64,000 nt of DNA, from positions 256,001 to 320,000 of the forward strand of contig CAWFGE010000007.1 in assembly GCA_963815195.1 (NCBI GenBank). Direction: 5' to 3'. The position numbers and the translations under genes were made by a program. Positions 1 to 8,712 of the stretch are shown here, piece after piece. How positions within the stretch are numbered: the stretch's first letter is position 1; every line of letters starts with the position of its first letter. A model generated the notes under the pieces. The model saw only the letters and a list, made by a program, of their open reading frames with translations, had not been told where the DNA came from and searched no databases. This DNA is from an uncultured Planctomycetaceae bacterium (lineage in GTDB: Bacteria > Planctomycetota > Planctomycetia > Planctomycetales > Planctomycetaceae).

Positions 1-435
1 CATTGGCAGCGACAGTTTTTGCATCCGATGCTCAAGGCCTTTGATGCTCCCAGCCGGGAAGAATGCACGGCCCGGCGGCCCCAGTCCAACACACCGCTCG
101 CCGCGCTCACGCTGTTAAATGACCCAACCTTTGTCGAGGCGTCGCGAGTGCTCGCGGACAGGATATTAAAGGAAGGCGGCGGCACGGATGATTCGCGTCT
201 CAACTTCGCCTACCGGGAAGCCGTGTCGCGCAAGCCGGACTCGGTAGAACGCAAACTGTTGTTGGATCTTTTAAAGAAAAACCGCAGGCAGTATCAGCAA
301 CACCCGGAGGCCGCTCAAGAAGTCTTGAGTACCGGTCTCGCGCCGGTTCCGAAAACTCAACTGCCCGAACTCGCCGCGTGGACGAGCGTAGCCCGCGCGA
401 TATTAAACATGAACGAAACCATCACGCGGAACTGA
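1..435 (+). CDS. DUF1553 (PSD1)-domain planctomycete protein, C-terminal part (5' truncated by window edge)
   Basis: Frame 1 is open from base 1 (HWQRQFLHPMLKAFDAPSREEC...). FDAPSRE-C-RR-SNTPL-AL-LLND and terminal A-LN-NE-ITRN motifs are typical of DUF1553, and a DUF1501 gene follows. Confidence 0.85.
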   Translation, partial: HWQRQFLHPMLKAFDAPSREECTARRPQSNTPLAALTLLNDPTFVEASRVLADRILKEGGGTDDSRLNFAYREAVSRKPDSVERKLLLDLLKKNRRQYQQHPEAAQEVLSTGLAPVPKTQLPELAAWTSVARAILNMNETITRN

Positions 436-478
436 TCAGTACCGTAGTCTCCATCGTAATCCAAAGCTTGATAATCCC

Positions 479-1921
479 ATGATGACAACGCATCCACCAC
501 TCGGCTTCACGCACCTCGCGAATCGGCGGACGTTTTTGCGGCAATCGGGCGTCGCTCTCGGTTCAACGGCGCTCGCTTCGCTGTTGAGTCGTGATGGACT
601 GGCTGCTCGCGTCACGCAAGATTCAGGAACGCCGGGCGGTGCGCATCATTTGCCGAAAGTGAAGCGGGTGATCTTCTTGTGCATGGCGGGCGGGCCGTCG
701 CATCTGGAGACCTTCGACTATAAGCCCAGGCTCAAAGAACTCGACGGCCAGCCGATGCCGGAGTCTTTCACAAAAGGCCAGCCGATTGCCCAGCTTCAAG
801 GAAAGCAACTTCGCTGCCAGGGGCCGTTGACGAAGTTTGGTCGCTATGGCGAAAGCGGCCAGGAGATCAGTGACTTTTTGCCCTGGCATGCCAAGATGGC
901 GGATGACATTTGCATCATCCGCTCGCTTGTCACCGAGCAGATCAACCACGACCCGGCCCACACGTTTATGAACACGGGCACGGCGATCAGCGGCCGGCCG
1001 TCGATGGGGGCTTGGGTGAATTATGGGCTCGGCAGCGAGAGCGAAGACCTGCCGGGCTTTGTCGTGTTGACGAGCGTGGGCGGACGCAATCCGCAGCCGA
1101 TCGCCTCCCGGCAATGGGCCGCGGGCTTTTTGCCGAGCCGGTTTCAAGGGGTGGAGTTCAATTCCAGCGGCGATCCGGTGCATTATGTGCGGAATCCCAA
1201 AGGCGTCGATTCTCATCAACAACAGCAGCTCGTCAACACGATCGCCGCGCTCGACCGCCATCGCAACGAAACCGTCAGGAATCCCGAAATCGATACGCGG
1301 ATCGCCGCTTATGAAATGGCGTTTCGCATGCAGACATCGGTCCCCGAACTGATGGACGTATCGGACGAGCCCAGGCATGTGCTCGACATGTATGGAGCGC
1401 AGCCGGGCGATGGGTCTTATGCTTCCAATTGTCTCTTAGCGCGGCGGCTCGCCGAGCGCGGGGTGCGGTTTATTCATCTCTATCATCGCGGCTGGGATCA
1501 TCACGGCGATTTGGTGAAATATATGAATATCTGCGGCGGCCTCACCGACAAGCCGACCTATGCGCTGATCCAAGACCTGAAACAGCGCGGGCTTTTGGAG
1601 GAGACGCTGATTATCTGGGGCGGAGAGTTCGGGCGGACGCCGATGTTTCAAGGCAAAGGCGGCCCGGGCCGCGATCATCATATCAAGGGGTTTTCGATGT
1701 GGATGGCCGGCGGCGGCGTGAAGGGCGGCATGACCTATGGGGCGACGGACGAACTCGGATACAATTCGGTCGACAACGTGGTCCACGTCCGCGACCTGCA
1801 TGCGACGATGCTCTATCTACTAGGTCTCGACGATCGCCGGCTGAGCGTTAAGCATCAGGGTCTCGACATGCGGCTCACGGGCGTCGAGCCGGCGCGTGTG
1901 CTCCATGACATTCTCAGTTAG
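479..1921 (+). CDS. DUF1501 domain-containing protein (sulfatase-like, Tat signal)
   Basis: NRRTFL Tat motif; M-GGPSH-ETFD-KP, LARRL-ERGVRF, GWDHH and GEFGRTP motifs; usual pairing with DUF1553. Confidence 0.9.
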   Translation: MMTTHPPLGFTHLANRRTFLRQSGVALGSTALASLLSRDGLAARVTQDSGTPGGAHHLPKVKRVIFLCMAGGPSHLETFDYKPRLKELDGQPMPESFTKGQPIAQLQGKQLRCQGPLTKFGRYGESGQEISDFLPWHAKMADDICIIRSLVTEQINHDPAHTFMNTGTAISGRPSMGAWVNYGLGSESEDLPGFVVLTSVGGRNPQPIASRQWAAGFLPSRFQGVEFNSSGDPVHYVRNPKGVDSHQQQQLVNTIAALDRHRNETVRNPEIDTRIAAYEMAFRMQTSVPELMDVSDEPRHVLDMYGAQPGDGSYASNCLLARRLAERGVRFIHLYHRGWDHHGDLVKYMNICGGLTDKPTYALIQDLKQRGLLEETLIIWGGEFGRTPMFQGKGGPGRDHHIKGFSMWMAGGGVKGGMTYGATDELGYNSVDNVVHVRDLHATMLYLLGLDDRRLSVKHQGLDMRLTGVEPARVLHDILS

Positions 1922-1942
1922 CTCACGCGGTTTTGCGGAGCA

Positions 1943-4051
1943 TCAATCCTCCTCTTCCTCCCGGTGGGCGGCGGCGACAATTTTTTGCTGCTCGTTGGCC
2001 GGGACCATTTCGTAATGGCTCGGCTCCAAGGTGTAGGAACCCTGGCCTCCCGTCATGCTGGAGAGATCGCGGGCGTAGGTCATCACTTCCGCCAAGGGGA
2101 CCTTGGCTTTGACGATCTGAAAGCCCCCCGGCGCGCTTTCCATGCCTTCGGGCCGGCCGCGGCGTGTGCTCAGGTCGCTGTTGATGTCGCCGAGCTTGTC
2201 GTCGGGCACGGTAATTTCGATGGTGACGATCGGTTCCAACAGCGCGGGCTTGGCTTCCTGGAACACGTTTCGAAAGCACATGCTCGCAGCGGTCTTAAAC
2301 GCGGTTTCGTTGCTGTCCACCGGATGGTCCTTGCCGAAGAACAATTCGCAGGTCACATCCTGCACCTGGTAGCCCGCGATCACGCCTTTTTCCATCCGCT
2401 CGCGGATGCCCTTTTCCACCGCGGGGATAAAGTTATTGGGCACCGACCCGCCCGTCACGCGATCGACGAAGGCGTAATTCAAATCGGGATCGTAATGGTA
2501 ATGCCGCATGCTGGCGAAGCGGTCCTTGGTGAAAAACTCTTCGGGATCGACTTCCCGCGGCAAGGCGGCGATGCGGAAATGCACTTCGGCGAACTGCCCC
2601 GAACCGCCCGACTGCTTTTTGTGGCGGTAATGGCCTTCGGCGGCGCCCATCACCGTTTCGCGGTAGGGAATCTTCGGCTGGTGCGTGTTGATGTGCACCT
2701 TGTCCCGGTGGGCGAGGCGTTCCTCGATCAGCTTGAGATGCAACTCGCTCATGCCGTACATCACCATTTCCTTGGTCTGCGAATCGCGGTTGACTTTGAA
2801 GGTGGGATCCTCATCCACGATTTTCTGAAGCGCCCCGGAGATCTTCTGCTGGTCGGCCTGGGTCTTCGGCTCGACGGCGAGTCCGATCATCGGCATGGGG
2901 AAGTTGATGGCAGGCATGGCGAGGTCGCCGTCTTTGGTCAATGTATCGCCGACGTGGAGTTCGTCGATCTTCACCAACGCGCACAAACCTCCCGCCGGGA
3001 TTTCATCGACGGCCGTGTTTTTGCCGCCTTGAACTTCGAGCAGTTGGGAGATTTTGACCGGCCGCGAGTGGCCGGCTTGGGTGAGGGTGGAATCTTTTTT
3101 CATGGTGCCCGAAAACACGCGGACGAAGCTCATCTTCGCCACGAACGGATCGATGCGGGACTTGAACACCTGCGCCACGACCGGCTCGTCCGGCGACTGC
3201 TTGAGCGTGACCTCTTCGCCGTCCTCTTTGGTCGCGGTGCGGGTGAGGTGCGTGGGTGCGAGCGCATAAGCGGCCAGGGCATCCATGAACTCCGTCACCC
3301 CCACATCGGTTTTGGAACTGGTGCAGAACACGGGGATCAACGTGCCCGCCGCGATCGCTTTGGCCACCCCGCCCGCGACTTCTTCGGGGCTGAGCGGCTC
3401 GCCTTCGAGGTAGCGCATCATCAATTCCTCGTCGGCTTCGACGATGGCGTCCATCACGGTCTGGTTGAGTTCCTTGGGATCGGCCTGGGCATCGCCGGGA
3501 ACTTCCGCGGGCACGTTCAACGTGCTGACCACGCCGGAGAATTTGCTGCCCAGGCCCACCGGCACGTTCAGCGGCACGCATTGTTGGCCGAAGGATTCCT
3601 GAATCATGCCCAAGAGGTGATTGAAGTCGAGGTTTTCCTGATCGCATTTGTTGAGCAGCACCATTCGCCCGACGCCGGCGTCTCCCGCGCGGGCGAACGT
3701 CCGGCGAGTGTTGACTTCGATCCCCGCCCCGGCATTGATCATCACGACCGCGGTCTCCACCGCCCGCAGCGCCCCGATCGCGTGGCCGATGAATTCCGGA
3801 TAGCCCGGCGTGTCGATCAGATTGATCCGCTTGCCGTTGTGCTCGATATTCGCGAGGGCCGAGGAGATCGTGTATTTGTGCTCTTTTTCGTCGTCGTCCG
3901 TATCGAGCAGGCTGCTGCCTTCGTCGACCGAACCGGCTCGCGTCGCCACGCCGGTCTTAAACAGCATCAGATCCGCCAAAGTCGTTTTCCCGCTGGCTCC
4001 GTGTCCGACCAATGCCACGTTGCGGATGTCTTCAATTTTGTGCTTGGCCAT
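1943..4051 (-). CDS. fusA: Elongation factor G paralog (EF-G2 type)
   Basis: IRNVALVGHGASGKTT, DTPGY, NKCD, GMSELHL, KKQSGGSGQF and HPVDS motifs, about 702 aa. Stand-alone, outside the str operon. Start placed at ATG 4051. Confidence 0.92.
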   Translation of the reverse strand: MAKHKIEDIRNVALVGHGASGKTTLADLMLFKTGVATRAGSVDEGSSLLDTDDDEKEHKYTISSALANIEHNGKRINLIDTPGYPEFIGHAIGALRAVETAVVMINAGAGIEVNTRRTFARAGDAGVGRMVLLNKCDQENLDFNHLLGMIQESFGQQCVPLNVPVGLGSKFSGVVSTLNVPAEVPGDAQADPKELNQTVMDAIVEADEELMMRYLEGEPLSPEEVAGGVAKAIAAGTLIPVFCTSSKTDVGVTEFMDALAAYALAPTHLTRTATKEDGEEVTLKQSPDEPVVAQVFKSRIDPFVAKMSFVRVFSGTMKKDSTLTQAGHSRPVKISQLLEVQGGKNTAVDEIPAGGLCALVKIDELHVGDTLTKDGDLAMPAINFPMPMIGLAVEPKTQADQQKISGALQKIVDEDPTFKVNRDSQTKEMVMYGMSELHLKLIEERLAHRDKVHINTHQPKIPYRETVMGAAEGHYRHKKQSGGSGQFAEVHFRIAALPREVDPEEFFTKDRFASMRHYHYDPDLNYAFVDRVTGGSVPNNFIPAVEKGIRERMEKGVIAGYQVQDVTCELFFGKDHPVDSNETAFKTAASMCFRNVFQEAKPALLEPIVTIEITVPDDKLGDINSDLSTRRGRPEGMESAPGGFQIVKAKVPLAEVMTYARDLSSMTGGQGSYTLEPSHYEMVPANEQQKIVAAAHREEEED

Positions 4052-4431
4052 TGAGTCGCTTATCCTTTTGCTAGAAGTGGTTTCAAAAGTCACCCCAAGC
4101 CGGCGGAGGCGGGAACGCATCGACCGCGTCCTTCCCGGGCCGCTGAGGAGTGATTTTTCGGGTTACAAAACTTCTTGTCGAATCGCAGGGGCCTTCTCCG
4201 GAGAGAATGCCGGCGCGAGGATCACGAACACGCACGTCTAATTGAGAAAACCCGGCGAACGTCGGCAGCGAAGGGAAACTCTGAAAACCCCGGCGCAATT
4301 CGAGGCTCACCGGAAACCGTGGATCTTATGCAATCCGGTGTTTCTTCGCCACTAGACGTGAAGAATTTGCGAAAATCCGGAGGCGAGCGCGAGAGCCTGT
4401 CCACCGCAGAGATAACCGCCGAAAAGGGGGA

Positions 4432-4947
4432 TTATTCGGGGGCCTTCGGGGGAGTCTGTTCGTTGATGGTCCAGCTTCGCTCCTGGATTTCCCGGCGGAA
4501 GGCCCGGCGGCGTTTGGCGGCTTCGTAGTGATGATGATCCGCCGTCGTCTCCAACTTCACCGCGGGCACCGGGACCGGATTGCCTTCGCCATCGACCGCG
4601 ACCATCGTGAAGTAGCAGGAATTGGTGTGCCGGCAGGTGCGGGCTTTGATGTCCTCCGCGATCACCTTGATGCCGACTTCCATCGACGTCCGCCCGGTGA
4701 AGTTCACCTTGGCGAGAAACGTGACCAGTTCCCCCACATGGACCGGCTGCTTGAAGACGACCTGATCCACCGCCAGGGTCACGCAGTATTGGCCGGAATA
4801 CCGCGAGGCGCACGCGAAGGCCACCTCGTCGAGCATCTTCATCATCTCGCCGCCGTGGACGTTGCCGGAAAAGTTGGCCTTGTCCGGCGTCATGAGCACC
4901 GTCATTTCCAAGTGCTTGACCGGTTCGAGGAAATCAGAATCCGCCAT
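4432..4947 (-). CDS. Acyl-CoA thioesterase (hotdog fold, YciA family)
   Basis: P-KANFSGNVHGG-MMKMLDEVA, V-F-PV-VGELV and GRTSMEVG motifs. Confidence 0.9.
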   Translation of the reverse strand: MADSDFLEPVKHLEMTVLMTPDKANFSGNVHGGEMMKMLDEVAFACASRYSGQYCVTLAVDQVVFKQPVHVGELVTFLAKVNFTGRTSMEVGIKVIAEDIKARTCRHTNSCYFTMVAVDGEGNPVPVPAVKLETTADHHHYEAAKRRRAFRREIQERSWTINEQTPPKAPE

Positions 4948-4974
4948 AAGATGCTCCCGCGAAATGCTTCCAAG

Positions 4975-5047
4975 AAGCCGCGCACGAAGTCAGCGGAGTT
5001 CCTTTTCCTTGCGCGTTCGAGAACCGCTTACTTCGTGCGCGGCTCCT
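4975..5047. repeat. REP-like inverted repeat, family A (AGCCGCGCACGAAGTCAGCGG ... CCGCTTACTTCGTGCGCGGCT)
   Basis: Two arms of about 21 bp in inverted orientation. The same element recurs at 34428-34496 and 49266-49348. Confidence 0.8.
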
Positions 5048-5198
5048 TTTCCTTACGGCGTTGTCAACCTGGGAACCGTTTACTTCGTGCGCGGCTCCTT
5101 TTCCTTACGGCGCAATTCCGCCGTTGTCAACCTGGGAACCGCTTACTTCGTGCGCGGCTCCTTTTCCTTACGGCGCAATTCCGCCGTTGTCAACCTGG
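5021..5198. repeat. Tandem repeat of three units (52, 63 and 63 bp): REP arm plus 3' end of the adjacent CDS
   Basis: GAACCGCTTACTTCGTGCGCGGCTCCTTTTCCTTACGGCG(CAATTCCGCCG)TTGTCAACCTGG starts at 5021, 5073 and 5136. Confidence 0.9.
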
Positions 5199-8100
5199 GC
5201 CGGGTCCTGGGATTGCTGCTGCTCTTGATGGCCGCGCTGCCGCTTGAGGATCGGCAGCAATCGCCGGCGGTAAGCCCGGAGCGGATTCACCACGGTCATT
5301 TCCAGAAACCGCCGGCGGGCCTGCCAGTCCTCTGCGTCGATGCCCGCGTCTTCGCGAAGGTGATCCATCGTTTGCATTGCCCGGTTTACGGCGGCCACGG
5401 ACTTTTCCACATCGTTGATCGCGACCTGCGTGGAACTCGGCGTCACGCCGGCCCGCACCGCCCAGCGCTGTTTCATCATCTGCAGCACCGCATTGAGGCG
5501 GTCCCAGCGGTCGAGCGGGTCGGGGGCGGCTTCGGGATGATCGCACAACAGATCGATCGCCGCCGTCACGTTCCGCACCGAACGATCTCCCGGAGCCGAG
5601 TAGAACAGGGAGTAAAACCGATGGGCCAACTCCGCCGGGCAATCGCGGACCGCCGATCGCGAATACAGCTCGGCCACCTCTTGATGCAGGAAAAACGTCA
5701 CGAGCGGATCGTAAGGGTCGGCGAAGGATTCCACGCGGGCGATGTCTTCCGGGCGGTGCGGATAGTGCTTGACCGTGTCGCCCAAGGCGCGGAAATACGC
5801 GAGCCGGCGTTTTTCCTCCTCATGGATTTCGCGCCGGGGCCGCTCGCCTTTGACTTGCACGATGATCGAACGCGGGTTCTTGGTGATCTGCTCCTTGACG
5901 GTCTTGCGATAGACCCAAAACTCGTCGGGATGGCTGGTCATCAGATTTCGCTGCCCGGTGACCTCGGCCAATCGGCGGAGCAAATCGGGATCTTTGGGAT
6001 CGACGCCGCCCCACTGGGCGAAGCGTTCTCCCAGCGGAGCGAGCGCCTCTTGATTCTCGAAGGGCTTCGGTCCCCAGCGCATCATTTCCGCCGGCAGCCG
6101 GAACGCCAGCGTGCCGTTGGAGACGGTGTTGGCCGTCTGGGACCAGCGGGCGTTTTTCGTGGAGAAGGTTTTGAGGGCTTCGTTGTCGAACGCGGCGAGG
6201 TTCAAAGGCACGGACCAGTCCCAGCCCAAGTGCCCCAACTGCCGGCGGACGTGTTCCCGCTGGAGCCGCTCGATCAATCCTTCGCGGGCGACGCCCCGGG
6301 GAGAGTTCGTGCCGATAAGCAGCATCTCCCCGCCGGCCATTTCGAGAAACACCACGTCCCGAAAGGCGCTTTGCATGGTCCGCGCCGCCGCGCGGAGGGC
6401 TTCCGGTCCCAGATCGATAAACGCCAGCCGCTGGCAGAACAGGCCGTCTTCGCTCAACCGCTCGGCGGCGTCATGGTAGAAAGATTGGGTGAAATACGCC
6501 GCGGTCTGAGCGAGGGCCGGCTGATGGGGCAGCGAGACGATCACATCGAACGTCTTCCGCTCGGCCCGCAGGCACAGGGCCGGGTCGATCGGCAGAATCG
6601 TCAGCCGGGAATCCTTCGCGGGGTCGGAGGGCCGCTGTGTCCAGATATGGTCCTTCACCATCGCGATGAGCGCGGGATCGGACTCCGCACAGGTGACTTC
6701 CTGCGTGGGGAACGCCAGCGACGTGGTCACCGGCACGCCGCTGCCGAGGCCGAGAATCAACATCGTCGCGGGGCGTTCGTGCAACACGAGCGGAAAGGCC
6801 GCGGGCAGAAGTTCCGCGGAGAATTCCGGACACATCCGCACATCGCCGCTGGCCATGCCTTTGGGGAGTCCCGATTGGCGGAGTTGCCATTGCACGCCGC
6901 GGTATTTCCAGAGGGTGTAGGTTCCGCCCGGTCCTTCCGCGCGGGCGACGAGCCGGCCTTCATCCAAGACGCGGAGCAGTTCCGGGGCCAGCTTGGCCCG
7001 ATGGGCGTCGAACACCGGAGCCGCGAACAGCAACTTCGCCGAAGTTTCTGGCCGATAATTCCCCGACCACGCCAAGGGGCACACGATCAACAAGCTGCAT
7101 CCGGCAACGAGGCTGCGGGTCCGCCAACCTTCCGGCCATTGCCGTTCCCAAACCAGCCGCACCAAAGCCAATCCCAACACAGCCACGGACAAGCCCACGG
7201 CGATCGCGACCATCGAATTGTTGGTCATCAAAACCCATTGGCTTAATAACCATCCCGTCAAGAACGCCGCTGAATAGAGTGGAACGGCGGATGTCTCGCG
7301 TTTGGACACTTCCAATTGTGAGCCAAGGGCCGAAAACAGCCCCCAGGCAAAACCGAACGGAAGCAGCATGCCGCCGGCAATCGCCAGTCGGCACAGCGTC
7401 AACAAAAAGACCTGGGACACCGACGTCGTGAAACTCAAGCAGACGTTGACGAGCCACGGAAACGAGACGGCGAGCATCACCAGCCACGCCCCGGCGAACA
7501 GCCCCGCCGCCAGACCCCGGCCGCGGGTTTTCATGGCGGAGCTTCGCTGCCCCCAGGCCAATCCCCCCGCCCAGCCCAGCACCAGAAACGCCCATTTCGA
7601 GCACACGATCGCCACGGAGACGGGCATCAATTGATCCACCGCCCGGCTCGCCCAGGCAAACATGCCGCCCAGGCAAACGAGTATCAACCCCGTCCAAACC
7701 TCCCGCCCGGTCTTGTCCCAAAGGCTGCGGTCGGCGGGAGGGGTTGTCGAAATCGATTCCTCGGCGGCATCGGCTGGGGGAGTTTCGCTTGAAGATGGAG
7801 ACCAAACCAAGGCCGCGGCAAGGAACATTGCTCCGAGCAAAGCCCCGCCGAGGGCGGCAGTCGCGACGCCGAACCCTGGAGCGAGCACAAACGCCGAGAG
7901 CAACCCCCCCGCCGCCGTTCCGCCCAGGAACAAGGCCGTGATGCTGCCCGGGGACGAGGGCTTCTCCGCGGCGGCCGATTTCGCGAGCACGCAAAACGGC
8001 ATTCGCGAAAGCGCATAAGCCGGCGGCGTGACCAAGACGAGGGCGATGCCGAACAGCACGGCGAGCGCGAGGCCGGGAACGGCGAGTTGAGTGGGAGAAA

Positions 8101-8428
8101 AGACCTCCAGAAACCCGCTGTGCCAATCGAGCAACCAGGGAAACGCGAGCGTCCAAGCGGCGAGAAATCCCTGCCAACCCAAAGCGGTCCCTAAGGATCG
8201 CGACGCGTTCCCCGATTTGAGCGGCCGCCAACCGAGTTCCAAGGCCAATAACATCGCCAGCACCAGCGCGCTCACGGCGGGTAGCGACGTGCCGAACTGG
8301 GCGGTCCATTCAAAGCACCACGCCAACACCACAAAACCCGCGGCCAATCCGCAAACCGCCGCCTGCATCCGCGGCGAGGAAATCCCGTTGAGAAACCCGC
8401 TCCGCGTTACGCTGAGAATTCGTCGCAT
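5168..8428 (-). CDS. Large membrane protein: multi-TM N-terminus fused to a spermidine-synthase-like SAM-binding domain and a helical C-terminus
   Basis: Many hydrophobic segments, followed by LILGLGSGV, FDVIV and YFTQSFY...RLSEDGLFCQ (spermidine synthase-like). Start uncertain (8428 or 8368). Confidence 0.75.
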   Translation of the reverse strand: MRRILSVTRSGFLNGISSPRMQAAVCGLAAGFVVLAWCFEWTAQFGTSLPAVSALVLAMLLALELGWRPLKSGNASRSLGTALGWQGFLAAWTLAFPWLLDWHSGFLEVFSPTQLAVPGLALAVLFGIALVLVTPPAYALSRMPFCVLAKSAAAEKPSSPGSITALFLGGTAAGGLLSAFVLAPGFGVATAALGGALLGAMFLAAALVWSPSSSETPPADAAEESISTTPPADRSLWDKTGREVWTGLILVCLGGMFAWASRAVDQLMPVSVAIVCSKWAFLVLGWAGGLAWGQRSSAMKTRGRGLAAGLFAGAWLVMLAVSFPWLVNVCLSFTTSVSQVFLLTLCRLAIAGGMLLPFGFAWGLFSALGSQLEVSKRETSAVPLYSAAFLTGWLLSQWVLMTNNSMVAIAVGLSVAVLGLALVRLVWERQWPEGWRTRSLVAGCSLLIVCPLAWSGNYRPETSAKLLFAAPVFDAHRAKLAPELLRVLDEGRLVARAEGPGGTYTLWKYRGVQWQLRQSGLPKGMASGDVRMCPEFSAELLPAAFPLVLHERPATMLILGLGSGVPVTTSLAFPTQEVTCAESDPALIAMVKDHIWTQRPSDPAKDSRLTILPIDPALCLRAERKTFDVIVSLPHQPALAQTAAYFTQSFYHDAAERLSEDGLFCQRLAFIDLGPEALRAAARTMQSAFRDVVFLEMAGGEMLLIGTNSPRGVAREGLIERLQREHVRRQLGHLGWDWSVPLNLAAFDNEALKTFSTKNARWSQTANTVSNGTLAFRLPAEMMRWGPKPFENQEALAPLGERFAQWGGVDPKDPDLLRRLAEVTGQRNLMTSHPDEFWVYRKTVKEQITKNPRSIIVQVKGERPRREIHEEEKRRLAYFRALGDTVKHYPHRPEDIARVESFADPYDPLVTFFLHQEVAELYSRSAVRDCPAELAHRFYSLFYSAPGDRSVRNVTAAIDLLCDHPEAAPDPLDRWDRLNAVLQMMKQRWAVRAGVTPSSTQVAINDVEKSVAAVNRAMQTMDHLREDAGIDAEDWQARRRFLEMTVVNPLRAYRRRLLPILKRQRGHQEQQQSQDPAQVDNGGIAP

Positions 8429-8712
8429 GACATCCCTGTCTCTGTGCGGTTCATTCGTTAATGTGCCACGATGCCGCGGGCGAGGAATCAAACCCGTTCC
8501 CCTCAAACCCCGCGAGCCCGCGCGTTTTACCTAATCTAGGCAAACCTCAGCAAGAGCAGTCTTTCGCCCAGCCGCAGCTCTTCGTCAAAATCCGCCGCTC
8601 TACACAAGTCGGGGGATTTTTCTCGTCGCGAGCATTCTGCCTTTCGTGCCGCCTTGGGCCGGCCGAAACAGATTGTGATCCGCGCCGGTTTTCTCGCACA
8701 AGGACGGCCTTC

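Noticed and set aside
1964..4054. 696-aa ORF antisense to the EF-G paralog (similarly 4862-7246, 26587-28605, 59375-61063, 62348-63985)
   Set aside because: Shadow ORFs expected from GC3-rich codon bias; they have no recognisable motifs and lie opposite well-supported genes.
5021..5198. Possible mini-CRISPR array
   Set aside because: The intervening sequences are near-identical copies of the adjacent gene end rather than unique spacers, and no cas genes are present.
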